A stretch of 64,000 nucleotides of DNA from Candidatus Omnitrophota bacterium (GTDB lineage: Bacteria; Omnitrophota; Gorgyraeia; Gygaellales; Profunditerraquicolaceae): positions 10,104-74,103 of the forward strand of contig JAUSED010000010.1 in the NCBI GenBank assembly GCA_030650425.1. Reading direction: 5' to 3'. The notes under the pieces are model-generated. The model did not search any database and was not told the origin of the DNA. It saw only the letters and a list, made by a program, of their open reading frames with translations. Shown one piece after another: positions 39,818 to 49,741 of the stretch. The translations under genes were made by a program, and so were the position numbers. Position 1 is the first letter of the stretch. Every line of letters starts with the position of its first letter.

Positions 39818-40525
39818 TTAGGAAAAAAGCTCTCTGGCGCCGTGCTTATCTTGGATATAGACTTCGGGGATAAATTCTATGGAGTTAGGGATAAGGTCGG
39901 ACATAACTTTTTTTAGGCGTAACTGCTGGGTGGCATTTTGAAGGTCAAAGATGGGATTTTGGCTAAGATCGTTTAATAAAAGAATAACCGGATTATAGGG
40001 AAAAACAAAATCCTTCAAAAGCTGTTTGATCAGCAGGTCTAAATAATCCGGCTTGTCCTTAAAAACATTTACCGCGGTTTTAAAAGTGATTTTTCCCCAA
40101 TCCTCAGCAATAGTTTTATGGATCAGGGCGTAGCTAGAAGAATATTTAACCATTCTGGCTTGGCCGGGAGATAATTTACTGGCGGCGTTAATAATCACCG
40201 TGGTAAACTCGGAATGCTTAAATGTTTTGATCTCTTTGTGGATATCAATAGTGAGCAGGTCAAAAATGTAGGCGCCGCGCACGCTGGATGCCGCGCTGAT
40301 CGTGCTGCGCTTGACGAAATCCTCTACCGCATCCCAAAGGATCTTTTCATCATCGCGAATAAAATTTAAAGATAGAATATGGCAGGTTTGGCCTTCGCGC
40401 ATCGCTTGATATTGGCGGACTTTGTCCTCATTATGGCCGGCATAGGAAATTTCGTCAAAAAGGGGCATATGCTGGAAGAGGTTGGAATTTTGGAAGCCGA
40501 AGTCGATGAGGTTCATAATAAGCAA
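39818..40525 (-). CDS. Hypothetical protein
   Basis: 235-aa ORF bounded by family A repeats. Confidence 0.65.
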   Translation of the reverse strand: MLIMNLIDFGFQNSNLFQHMPLFDEISYAGHNEDKVRQYQAMREGQTCHILSLNFIRDDEKILWDAVEDFVKRSTISAASSVRGAYIFDLLTIDIHKEIKTFKHSEFTTVIINAASKLSPGQARMVKYSSSYALIHKTIAEDWGKITFKTAVNVFKDKPDYLDLLIKQLLKDFVFPYNPVILLLNDLSQNPIFDLQNATQQLRLKKVMSDLIPNSIEFIPEVYIQDKHGARELFS

Positions 40526-40661
40526 ATACTCAAGGGGACACTTTCCTTTTCCCGCCAGGCTATGTAATAGCGGGCGGGATCCCGCCTGATAAAGAATAGC
40601 TTGGCGGGAAAAGAGTTCCCGATAGCTTTGACGAAAAATGTCCCCTGCTATTTAGTACATT

Positions 40662-41615
40662 CTAAATACTCTCAATTATCTTTATCATTTCCTCTTTGTT
40701 CTTTACCCGAGAGGATTTTTCGCGCAATGGCCGGATTTGACGGAAACCTTTGGTGTACCAGCCGAAAAACTTGCGGTAGATGACTACTCCGTTGCGCTCG
40801 CCATAAAAGGCGATAGAAGCATTTAAATGCTCCAGCATTACTTTAATCACCTCAGACTGCGCGGGCCGGGAAATAATTTTACCGCTCTTTAAAAACTCTC
40901 TAATCTCTTTAAAGATCCACGGGTTGCCAAACGAACCGCGGGCAATCACCAACCCGTCGCAATTTGTTTCATCGAGCATCTTTTTGGCTAATTGCGCGGA
41001 TAAGATATCGCCGCTGGCAATAACCGGGATATTTAAGGCCTTCTTCACTTTCTGAATTACGGCGTAATTTACCTTTCCACTATACTCTTCGACCTTGGTT
41101 CTACCGTGGATAAATAACGCGCTTACTCCGGCATCTTCAGCGTAAAGGCTGACCTCTTTGGCGTTGATACTCTGCTGATCCCAACCAATGCGCATCTTTA
41201 CCGTAACCGGGACTTGGGAATGCTTGACCACTAATTTCAATAATTTATTTAATTTTTTGGGTTCTTTGAGCAAGGCTGCTCCCTCTTGGCGCCGGACCAC
41301 TTTCTTTGCCGGACAGGCGGCGTTAAAATCAAGCAGGTCAAATTTATAATCTTTAAGCACATCCAAAGCCTTAAGCATGAATTTTTCTTCGCAGCCTAAT
41401 AATTGTACGCCTAAAGGCTTATCCTTAGGATGCGAGCTAAGCATACTCCGCGTCCTTTTGCTTTTATGGCCGATCGAACGGGCATTGATCATTTCCACAA
41501 AGGCAAGCTCGGCGCCGAATTTGCGGTTGAGCATCCGGAAAGGCAGGTCGCTTACCCCGGCCATAGGGGCGAGGATGAGGTTGGATTTGAGTTTTAGATT
41601 ACCGATTTTGAGCAT
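40662..41615 (-). CDS. dusB: tRNA-dihydrouridine synthase B
   Basis: LAPMAGVSDLPFR, NAACPAKKV, IHGRT, ARG..GNPWIF; start MLKIG. Confidence 0.92.
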   Translation of the reverse strand: MLKIGNLKLKSNLILAPMAGVSDLPFRMLNRKFGAELAFVEMINARSIGHKSKRTRSMLSSHPKDKPLGVQLLGCEEKFMLKALDVLKDYKFDLLDFNAACPAKKVVRRQEGAALLKEPKKLNKLLKLVVKHSQVPVTVKMRIGWDQQSINAKEVSLYAEDAGVSALFIHGRTKVEEYSGKVNYAVIQKVKKALNIPVIASGDILSAQLAKKMLDETNCDGLVIARGSFGNPWIFKEIREFLKSGKIISRPAQSEVIKVMLEHLNASIAFYGERNGVVIYRKFFGWYTKGFRQIRPLREKSSRVKNKEEMIKIIESI

Positions 41616-41814
41616 AGTATAATATTTCAATTCAAAGAGACAGTTTCCTGTCAACCTTCGTAAATAGCCTACTGCGGAAACTGTCCCTTTCGAGGATACG
41701 CAAGGGGACACTTTCCTTTAAGCCGTATCTGATAGCTTTGACGGAAAATGTCCCCTGCGAGTAGGAGGTTAAGAGTATTCCAGCCTGACGGAAAATGTCC
41801 CCTGCGGGAAATGA

Positions 41815-43287
41815 TTAAAGAATATACTTGGGATTTTTGACAAGAGGGTGGCTGGTGATTTCGCTGGCTATCTCTTGGGAGATGCCGGGCTTGCCTAATT
41901 TGTAATACATATAATTCTTATAACCTTCGACTCCGGGCTGGTCAAAAGCATTGATATTCAGAAGCTCGCCCTCAAAGGCTGTGGCCATTTCAAAGAAAAA
42001 CAAAAGCGCTCCCCAATTATACGCGGATACCTTAGGCATAATAATCGTGCAGTTCGGACGGCCTTCACTGGCCAATGCCCACTCTGTTGCCTCCTGCGCC
42101 AAATGCATAAGCGAGCTAAAACTTTTTCCGGAGAGCAAATCCCCTTTACCCGGTATTTTTAAATCTGTTCTAAATTTCTCAACCCGGATAAAAGTAAGCA
42201 CTTTATTATCTTCCCCCTCAACATTATTTTGTTGAATAGAATGCAGATCATTGGTTCCGGCAGCAGATATAGGAGTCCTGCCCTTGCTAAACAAGGATTC
42301 TTTATCCGCCAGCCAATTCTCCACTCCATCAATACCTACCTCAACTTTACGGTGGTATTTTTTACCTAAGCTTTCAGCTAAAAGCTGCACATACCAATCT
42401 GCCGTGGATTTAAGTGTTTGAGAAAAAGGCATTAATATAGCTAATGATTTCGCCTTTTTACGGTAGAGAATTGTATGCAACAAAGCATACATATACGCTG
42501 GATTCTTCAGTATATCATCCTGACTGCAGCGATTAAACATCTCCTTAACACCCGCGAAAAGCTCTCTTATATTTACGCCCACAATCGCCAAGTGTATTAA
42601 GCCCATATTAAACTCTGAGAACCTCCCGCCTACGCCTTTTAAAATTGGAAGCGCGCGAAAGCTTAAAGCATCTTTTTTTTGCTCACGCTCTACCTTCGCG
42701 CGCAGAGCGCCGGATTGCGGGTCAGTAATTGCTAAAATCTGCCTGCCGTATTTCTTGCCTACCCCTTTCTTCAGCCAAGCTTCAACTAAGGCGAATGCCG
42801 CCTTAGGCTCGGTGGTTTCGCCGGATTTAGAGATCACAATCACAAATGTTTGCTTAGGCTTAAGATTTTTTAATAAAACCTGCAGGGTATCCGGATCAAG
42901 ATTATTGCCTTCCAAATAAATCCGCGGCGATTTCTTTCTTAAGGGCTTAAATTCATTGTAATAAGGCGCGCACAACGCGTCCTGCGCGGCTTTTAGGCCT
43001 AAATATGAACCACCGATTCCCAAGAAAACAACATTTTCATATTTTCCGGAGATCTCTTTCCCGAGTTTATAGATCTTGGCGATCTCCTCTTTATCCTGCT
43101 CGAAAAGAACCGCCCACTGAAGGCCTAATTTGATTCTTGCTTGGGGATTGGCGATAATTTTCTTTAAGTGCCCCGCGCAAAGCCGCGCCTCCGGAAGAAT
43201 CTCATCAATATCCTGCTGGCTTACGCCATGTACGCCAATACTAGCACTAAACAGATTATTAAAATCAAATTTAATCGCTTCCATCAA
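41815..43287 (-). CDS. pgi: Glucose-6-phosphate isomerase
   Basis: GIGGSYLG, SKSGETTE, VGGRFS, QLLAESLGK, NAFDQPGVE. Confidence 0.93.
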   Translation of the reverse strand: MMEAIKFDFNNLFSASIGVHGVSQQDIDEILPEARLCAGHLKKIIANPQARIKLGLQWAVLFEQDKEEIAKIYKLGKEISGKYENVVFLGIGGSYLGLKAAQDALCAPYYNEFKPLRKKSPRIYLEGNNLDPDTLQVLLKNLKPKQTFVIVISKSGETTEPKAAFALVEAWLKKGVGKKYGRQILAITDPQSGALRAKVEREQKKDALSFRALPILKGVGGRFSEFNMGLIHLAIVGVNIRELFAGVKEMFNRCSQDDILKNPAYMYALLHTILYRKKAKSLAILMPFSQTLKSTADWYVQLLAESLGKKYHRKVEVGIDGVENWLADKESLFSKGRTPISAAGTNDLHSIQQNNVEGEDNKVLTFIRVEKFRTDLKIPGKGDLLSGKSFSSLMHLAQEATEWALASEGRPNCTIIMPKVSAYNWGALLFFFEMATAFEGELLNINAFDQPGVEGYKNYMYYKLGKPGISQEIASEITSHPLVKNPKYIL

Positions 43288-43292
43288 GACTC

Positions 43293-43664
43293 CTATTTAT
43301 GCATAATTTTTACGGTTGTGCGCAAGCCATCCTGCCAAGGCCAAAGCATGGCAAAGATCGAATCGCGGCCGTCTTTTTTACAATAAAGCGTCTGGCCGGG
43401 CATAATCCCGCCAAAACTATTGATTTTCTTCTGGATCTCGGAAGACAACTCATCTTTAGCCGGCCAAGCAGGCTCGCCAAAAAATTTTTTTAATCTTTCT
43501 TCGAGCTTAGCCAGTTCTTCCTTAATGATCACTGCCTCAAAATAATCCTTGGTATCGGTGCGTAATAATTCAAACCCGAGTTTTTTTACCTCTTCCCTAA
43601 TCTCGCTAAATTCCATATTAACCACCTTTGGCATAAGTATAGCAAATAATCCCCTAATTGACAA
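43293..43664 (-). CDS. Hypothetical protein
   Basis: ORF coupled to pgi; likely start at MEFS. Confidence 0.65.
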   Translation of the reverse strand: MSIRGLFAILMPKVVNMEFSEIREEVKKLGFELLRTDTKDYFEAVIIKEELAKLEERLKKFFGEPAWPAKDELSSEIQKKINSFGGIMPGQTLYCKKDGRDSIFAMLWPWQDGLRTTVKIMHK

Positions 43665-43667
43665 TTA

Positions 43668-43700
43668 GAAAAGCCCGCCATTTGCATGACGGGCTTTTTT
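43668..43700. terminator. Intrinsic terminator
   Basis: aaaagcccgcca..tgacgggctttttt. Confidence 0.65.
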
Positions 43701-43726
43701 ACTCTTTCAGATAGGAATAAGTACGG

Positions 43727-44104
43727 TTATTGCTGGTTTTCAATCGAAACTAAACTTAATTCATCGCCGACTTTTTTAGCAACTACTACTACCTGAAGCT
43801 TGCTATCCGCTTGCTTTAAAAACTCCTCAATCTTCGCGTTGCTCCCCTTGTCGAATTTGGAAAGCTGGCTGTCGCTTAAGATAGAGTAACCGCTTGCCGC
43901 GCATTGAGGCATAAGCGCGCACTGCTTGGTGTGGGTTTTAACAAAAGCTGCTAAAGCTTCAGGCTTCTGGGAACCAGCGCACATATTGTCGATAATATCT
44001 CCTGTTATTGTGCTGGCCGCTGGAGCCTGAGCCTGTGTCTCCGCCGCGAAAGCAAAACCTGCTACCAAACATACTGCCATAACGATTAAGACTAATTTTT
44101 TCAT
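43727..44104 (-). CDS. Secreted protein with a C..H..C..C motif
   Basis: Signal peptide; GDIIDNMC, HTKQCALMPQCAASGY. Confidence 0.7.
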   Translation of the reverse strand: MKKLVLIVMAVCLVAGFAFAAETQAQAPAASTITGDIIDNMCAGSQKPEALAAFVKTHTKQCALMPQCAASGYSILSDSQLSKFDKGSNAKIEEFLKQADSKLQVVVVAKKVGDELSLVSIENQQ

Positions 44105-44258
44105 TTTTTTTACCTCCTTTCTTTATTTATATAATTGTAATACTAAATTTGCGCTAATCAAGGGAAATCTGACTGCTGAGTGTAGAAAAGGAGCACTTTT
44201 TGGATTGGCCTTTATGCCGGTAGGCTAAAAGGCTGGTGCCCCTTTTGGAAAGATTAAC

Positions 44259-47200
44259 TTATCGTAGTCCAGTAAATACCGCTTTTAGTTCCTGATTAGG
44301 CATCCCTGATTCAAGCACAACCAGGATGTCTTTAAGCGTTACTTCAGTTGGATAGCAGCGCTCTTCTTCTAGTCTTAGGATATCAGCAATACAGGAGACG
44401 ACTTTCTGCGTATCTGGATTTCCTTGAAGGCAGGAACTGGCGACATATTCCTTGATCCTTTCTGCTGAAGGAGTAATCCCCGCATCCACTAACTTCTGCA
44501 TCTCTTGCAGTTCTTGATTTAGGTTTAAAGACTTGAGCTGGCTTAAAGATATAACTGAAGAGGCGCTTAATCTTAAGTTACTCATCGCTTGGGTAACGAT
44601 GGGAAGCGCGCGGAAGTCAATACCACCCTTACCATCATCTACACCATTATTAACAACCGAATTCGCCTGTTTGTGCGTATCGGTTACTATTGGCGAAGAC
44701 AATGATTGTGCGTTTTGTTTCCGGTTATTTTGATGTTCCGCGATCTCCAGGAGTTTATCGAGGTATCTTTCTACCAGTACATACCTAAACCAATAAGGAG
44801 GCTTTCCGTCAATTTCATCAAAGTCCCATTGAACTAAACCAAGGAGCCTTTGTTCAAACGTCCTTTCATCGGAATAAAGTACAAAGAAGTCTCGATACGG
44901 AAACTGGTTAGAAATAAATTCTTCGTCTTCCACTTTCTCTTGATATGCGCTAATAAATAAGGCAACAGGAACAGAAGGTTTTCCGCGTTTAAGACCTATA
45001 TCACCCAGAAAAACGCTCCCAAATTCTTCTAATACCGCTTTCGCTTGTTTTACATTTTTGGCGACTCCGCGGTTTCGTAACATAGAAGGGCTCACTATTA
45101 TGCAATTACCATAAAACTCATCCTCTAACATTATTGGAAGATCGGCTGATGGAGCAATATGAATCCCAATTTCTACTTTGAGCAGTTGAGATAGTCTTTG
45201 GATCTTTTTAACGAGCCGATTTATAAGCTGTTTATGAGGTTCGGATTCAAAAAGATTCATGCCTAATTCTAATTTCGCGAGCTGCGGCTGTCTCTCTGGC
45301 GTAAGACGATCAAATTTTACGCCAAGTTTTATTAAATACTGCTTGGCTATTTCGCGGCGCTGCTTTTTTGATATCTTCTCATTAATAGGCGAAGAGGTAT
45401 TTTGAGGCACTTCTATTTTTACTTCCACCGCCGAAGAGACGGGTTGCTTCTGCGCCGGCGAGGCGGCGGGCTCTTTAAAGTAGACAATATCACCATCTTT
45501 AAAATTTATCTGATTTGTAAGGATATCCTCTAGAGACAAAGTCTGTTTATTCACAACCATCGTAAGCTTATTCTCTAGTATGCTCGTGATGTCAACCATC
45601 GTTTCGTTGTGATCAAGCGTTTCTTCAGTGAGCAGCATCAAAAGAAGGTCAAAAGGCCCGTTTGCCCGTAAGTCTAGGGCTTTGCCCTTATACCCCACAG
45701 TTATGGTAGAAAATATTGAGGCCTTCTGCGCGCTACCATTCTTTATCGTCTCTGCCTCCTGTAAAACAAGCTCTTTTTGTAACGAATATATCTTAGCGCG
45801 ATTTCCTGTTGTAAATACATGCTTTAATGTACTATAGTGGCCGCTGATGCCATATAGAAAAATGTCTTCAAGCTCTAAGAGGATTGCCTTCTCAGCGTTA
45901 GCGTTTAAGGCTGTATACATAAGATGAGTTAATATGAAATCAAGCGTTTCATCATTGATCTTTTTTAACGCAAAGGCTTTTTTTAAGGCTTCTTTCCCTT
46001 CAGGCGTTGGTTTAAAAAGCAAGCCTTGATAATAGACAAGGCCTCTTTTTACCAGGCGCCTGCTGTCACGAATACTTACTACCGGCTTCTCAAGCTCAAA
46101 GTAGGGGCCAGCTCCGGCTATATCTTTTGCTGTAAGAATATACTTAAGTTCTTCTCCTGATGTCGAAGTAACCCTTGATACTGATGGCTTAAGGGCGCTT
46201 AAGAACGCGTTTAAGCTATCCATATTGACATTGGGATAACGCGCGTTTAACCAAGCCTTGCTATTTTGAGTTGTTTCCTGGAGATTATTCATATAGCGTC
46301 TTCCGGATATAGACATACTAATTACTTCACCATAAGTAGTAATATAGAACACCTTGTCAAAAGAAGGAGAAATCCCCAAGAGGCGCACCCCTGCTTTTTC
46401 GGCTTTCGCTTCAATAAAGTCAAGTGTAGGGGTATAGAAGATAATCGGCTCTTTTGTTTTCTGGCCAATAAGTTTTCCTTCACGCCAAAAACTAAGAGCA
46501 TCTATGCTACCTTCCTTTTGTTCATATTCAAACTTAACCTCTGAAGGAATATCTAACTCCATGGCTAATTGGTCATTTTTGAATTTAGCCTGCAGGCCGT
46601 TAGTATACAGGCCGTATGAGGTAAAGTATATACCGCCTATATTCTCCCCGGCAAAGCCTCTTTGCCGCGCGTACAAAGACATCATCCGGCTAAAGGCCGG
46701 CTCAAAGATGATCCCGTTGTTGCGTAATTTTAATAACGGCGAGTGCAATGATTCAAGGTTATGCTTAAGAAAAAGATTGGTTAAATATAGAACAGCCATT
46801 TTTTGCACATTGCCTTTTATCGCTTCGGTAATTGCTACTATTACATCAGGGACATTCGCGAAGGCGATAACGGTACTTGGCTGAATGAGGCCAGGCGTGT
46901 TTCTAGCAATTATTTCTATTGTATGATCTTTTCCGGACAGATTCCCGCCTAATCTTTCGGTGTCAGGAATATCCCCTACTTTTATTAGTTCTTTGTTTTG
47001 TGTGGGCTTATTGCTAACAAATTTGCCCCACCATCTTTTAATAGAAGGTATTATATTAATCGCCGAAGAGGCGGTTTCCTTCTGCGCCGGTGAGGCGGAG
47101 GATTTTGTTGCGGTGACTAACGAAGAAACTTCTGGCGAAAATGCCACTGCTACTTTTGAATAATCACTATTCCTGGTTTTAAAAATAGTTGTCTTCCGAT

Positions 47201-49622
47201 CTTTTAACCTCTCCACAATATCAGGAATGAATCTTGGGCTTGCCCACCCTTCAGGCGGCATAAAATTAACAAATAATATATGGCCGCCAGGAGCGACTAA
47301 TTCTTCGGATTTCCTAAAATACTCAACGACATTTAATAATGGATCTTCTCTCAGAGATGGATCATACATCTTATAAGGCCCATAAATATTCATATATGTA
47401 CGCATATTATAAAAAAGTATGACATCCGGCTTTTTTTGTAAACCTAATGCTCTTAAGGAATTGGGGTTAAACTCGAAGAAATCTTTTTCCCATATTTCAA
47501 AGTAACCTTCTTTAATGCCATAAGGTATTCGCGTGTCCACATTGACTACTCTATAGATTGGAACGCCTTGTTCATTACGGACAGAAAGCGGATTAGCGCC
47601 GTAACCGATATTTAGAATTACACTCCCTTCGGGAACCCCTAAAGCTTTTAAGAAAATCCTCAGATTATCCGAAGCCTCTTTATTATAGTACTCACCAGGA
47701 TGTTCTTTGAGCCCAGTCAACACCACAGTATTACCTGCTTCTTCCATCGCCAAAGAAGAGACGGTTTCTTTCTGCGCCGGTGAGGCGGCTGGGCTGCTGG
47801 ACAAACCATAATCCCTTAATTGAAAATCCTGTATGGCTTTCTCGGCATAGAAAACAATGTTGTTATATTCTGCCTCTTCTAAACGAACGCCTCCTCGATA
47901 AAAATCGCTTTCTGGGGCGTTAACGGAAAGAACGACCACGCCCGTATCCCCAAAAGAAGCTGCCAAATGTTCAAGGCCGGCACCTTCCGGATAAGGATCC
48001 ACGTAAAACCCTTCATCTTCTAAAAAAACGTAGTAATGAGCGCCCCCCCCTTTTTCATCCTTTTTTTCCATCACGTAAGCCTCGTTTCCTTGTGACCTCA
48101 AAACCAAGGTCAACCACGCCGCGTGAACAGCACATACGGCCTGAGGCATCGTCCGCTTCAAAAAAATCCTCGTATTTTTAGCAAACTTAAAAACGGCTTC
48201 CTTAGTCATCGGCGAACCGGCGGATTCGACTCGCCCACCTTCGGCGGGCTCGCTCACCACCAATCTTGAGCTTGTCGAAGGGATGGTTACCTGAATTCCC
48301 GCGACTGCACCTGGTGTTCCCTGAATGTCCATAACTAACTCGCCACTACGGACAGCTGGCGAACTTGTAGCAACTATCGTTGACACAGGGCTCGAGCCAG
48401 CATTTACGGTACCAAACGGTTGGATGTTGATAGCAAAATTTTCTCCTCCGCTAAAATAGCTCCTGATCACCTGACCTGTGGGAGTATAGACTGGTTCTTT
48501 AATGTTGTATTCGCCGTCTTTGAAGGATTTTTGGTAGGCTTGGAAGTAGGTGGTTTTGGACCAGGGTTGTTGGGAAATAAGATTGGTGAGGTTGCGGGAG
48601 TTGATGCGCGCATCAGGAGACACTTTCCTTTTGAGGGTTCCATTATCGCCCTGACGGAAAATGTCCCCTACTTTTAGAGTATGCCGGGCTTTAAACCATT
48701 GGGCTAAGATTAAAGAATAATAGACTTGCCTTAAAGGAGCATAGCGCTTGGAGATGTTAATATCTTTGGTGAGTTTGGGGATGATTAGTTCGCGGATTAA
48801 TTGAGAAGAATATTCGTTTAATTGCTTGAGACGTTCATCCTTAAACTGATACTGCGCGTAGGGGACACTTTCCTTTTGAGCGTTCTCTGATAGCCCTGAC
48901 GGAAAATGTCCCCTACTTACACTTGAAAGGTAGTCAGACTCAAGCATTACCTTAAGCGTAGCCTTATAAATGTAGGCTGAGGGCGCGTCTTTCGTTTCTC
49001 TGATGATAATCTCATCCGGTACTATCCATGGGCGGGTTAGGGTAGGAATGGTTATGTTCTCAGAGCCAAAGAGCTCTCCTGCTTTGGCATAGAGCTTATT
49101 CCAGTAGTCTCTGCCTTCAGGGGTCTCTGGTGAGGTAGCTAAAGCAGTGTCTTTCTTAAGCTGGAGATCAGCTTCCAGCATAATCTTACCTACATCAGTT
49201 TTAGCTAGGTAGTCATCGATAATATTGTCTTGGGCATCTGGACGTAGGTTGACCCAAAAGGAATCGTTGGGGAGGGTTAGGCCGATGAAAAAGTAGTTGA
49301 GGAGGGTTTTGGTGGATACTTCTAGTGATTCTGTAGAAAAAGGGGACAGTCCCCAAAAAACGGGGACAGTCCCCTTTTTCTGTTCGCTTTTGGGGAATTG
49401 GTCGCCTTTGTCTAAATAAAGTTTAAAGCTGTTGTTTTCGGGAAGATACTGCAGGTAACGCAGGTGCAGGGGACGAAATTTGTCTACTCCAAAAGAATTA
49501 TGCAGGGCGGTAAGGCGAGCGGCAATGTTGAGCTCTACAGCGACTTGCGCAAAGCCGGATTGCTGGATAGCCAACAAGATACAGAGAAAAATAGCGATAA
49601 TTTTTAGGGATTTTTTTCGCAT
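44259..49622 (-). CDS. Giant secreted multidomain protein, 1787 aa: conserved N-domain, Cys-His-Asp module, class I methyltransferase-like module, two unknown modules, GGIDFR C-domain
   Basis: Paralog of 1489..8739 at both ends; AVCAVH..HYYV..YVDPY; LNIGYG..PDVILF..LVAPGG. Confidence 0.8.
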   Translation of the reverse strand: MRKKSLKIIAIFLCILLAIQQSGFAQVAVELNIAARLTALHNSFGVDKFRPLHLRYLQYLPENNSFKLYLDKGDQFPKSEQKKGTVPVFWGLSPFSTESLEVSTKTLLNYFFIGLTLPNDSFWVNLRPDAQDNIIDDYLAKTDVGKIMLEADLQLKKDTALATSPETPEGRDYWNKLYAKAGELFGSENITIPTLTRPWIVPDEIIIRETKDAPSAYIYKATLKVMLESDYLSSVSRGHFPSGLSENAQKESVPYAQYQFKDERLKQLNEYSSQLIRELIIPKLTKDINISKRYAPLRQVYYSLILAQWFKARHTLKVGDIFRQGDNGTLKRKVSPDARINSRNLTNLISQQPWSKTTYFQAYQKSFKDGEYNIKEPVYTPTGQVIRSYFSGGENFAINIQPFGTVNAGSSPVSTIVATSSPAVRSGELVMDIQGTPGAVAGIQVTIPSTSSRLVVSEPAEGGRVESAGSPMTKEAVFKFAKNTRIFLKRTMPQAVCAVHAAWLTLVLRSQGNEAYVMEKKDEKGGGAHYYVFLEDEGFYVDPYPEGAGLEHLAASFGDTGVVVLSVNAPESDFYRGGVRLEEAEYNNIVFYAEKAIQDFQLRDYGLSSSPAASPAQKETVSSLAMEEAGNTVVLTGLKEHPGEYYNKEASDNLRIFLKALGVPEGSVILNIGYGANPLSVRNEQGVPIYRVVNVDTRIPYGIKEGYFEIWEKDFFEFNPNSLRALGLQKKPDVILFYNMRTYMNIYGPYKMYDPSLREDPLLNVVEYFRKSEELVAPGGHILFVNFMPPEGWASPRFIPDIVERLKDRKTTIFKTRNSDYSKVAVAFSPEVSSLVTATKSSASPAQKETASSAINIIPSIKRWWGKFVSNKPTQNKELIKVGDIPDTERLGGNLSGKDHTIEIIARNTPGLIQPSTVIAFANVPDVIVAITEAIKGNVQKMAVLYLTNLFLKHNLESLHSPLLKLRNNGIIFEPAFSRMMSLYARQRGFAGENIGGIYFTSYGLYTNGLQAKFKNDQLAMELDIPSEVKFEYEQKEGSIDALSFWREGKLIGQKTKEPIIFYTPTLDFIEAKAEKAGVRLLGISPSFDKVFYITTYGEVISMSISGRRYMNNLQETTQNSKAWLNARYPNVNMDSLNAFLSALKPSVSRVTSTSGEELKYILTAKDIAGAGPYFELEKPVVSIRDSRRLVKRGLVYYQGLLFKPTPEGKEALKKAFALKKINDETLDFILTHLMYTALNANAEKAILLELEDIFLYGISGHYSTLKHVFTTGNRAKIYSLQKELVLQEAETIKNGSAQKASIFSTITVGYKGKALDLRANGPFDLLLMLLTEETLDHNETMVDITSILENKLTMVVNKQTLSLEDILTNQINFKDGDIVYFKEPAASPAQKQPVSSAVEVKIEVPQNTSSPINEKISKKQRREIAKQYLIKLGVKFDRLTPERQPQLAKLELGMNLFESEPHKQLINRLVKKIQRLSQLLKVEIGIHIAPSADLPIMLEDEFYGNCIIVSPSMLRNRGVAKNVKQAKAVLEEFGSVFLGDIGLKRGKPSVPVALFISAYQEKVEDEEFISNQFPYRDFFVLYSDERTFEQRLLGLVQWDFDEIDGKPPYWFRYVLVERYLDKLLEIAEHQNNRKQNAQSLSSPIVTDTHKQANSVVNNGVDDGKGGIDFRALPIVTQAMSNLRLSASSVISLSQLKSLNLNQELQEMQKLVDAGITPSAERIKEYVASSCLQGNPDTQKVVSCIADILRLEEERCYPTEVTLKDILVVLESGMPNQELKAVFTGLR

Positions 49623-49649
49623 ATAGCCTACCGGATTTAACTTATTATA

Positions 49650-49709
49650 AGTATGCTATATAGGTAAGATAATACAAGGCTAAAATAGGAGTTTGGGGAA
49701 AGCGCTTTC
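49650..49709 (-). promoter_or_regulatory. Promoter and palindromic operator of giant gene 2
   Basis: GAAAGCGCTTTC-N20-TTGTAT-N16-CATACT. Confidence 0.7.
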
Positions 49710-49741
49710 TTACTGGAAAAATGGGGACAGTCCCCATTTTG

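Noticed and set aside
1489-49622. Diversity-generating retroelement behind the paralog similarity
   Set aside because: No reverse transcriptase, and the differences are not adenine-specific.
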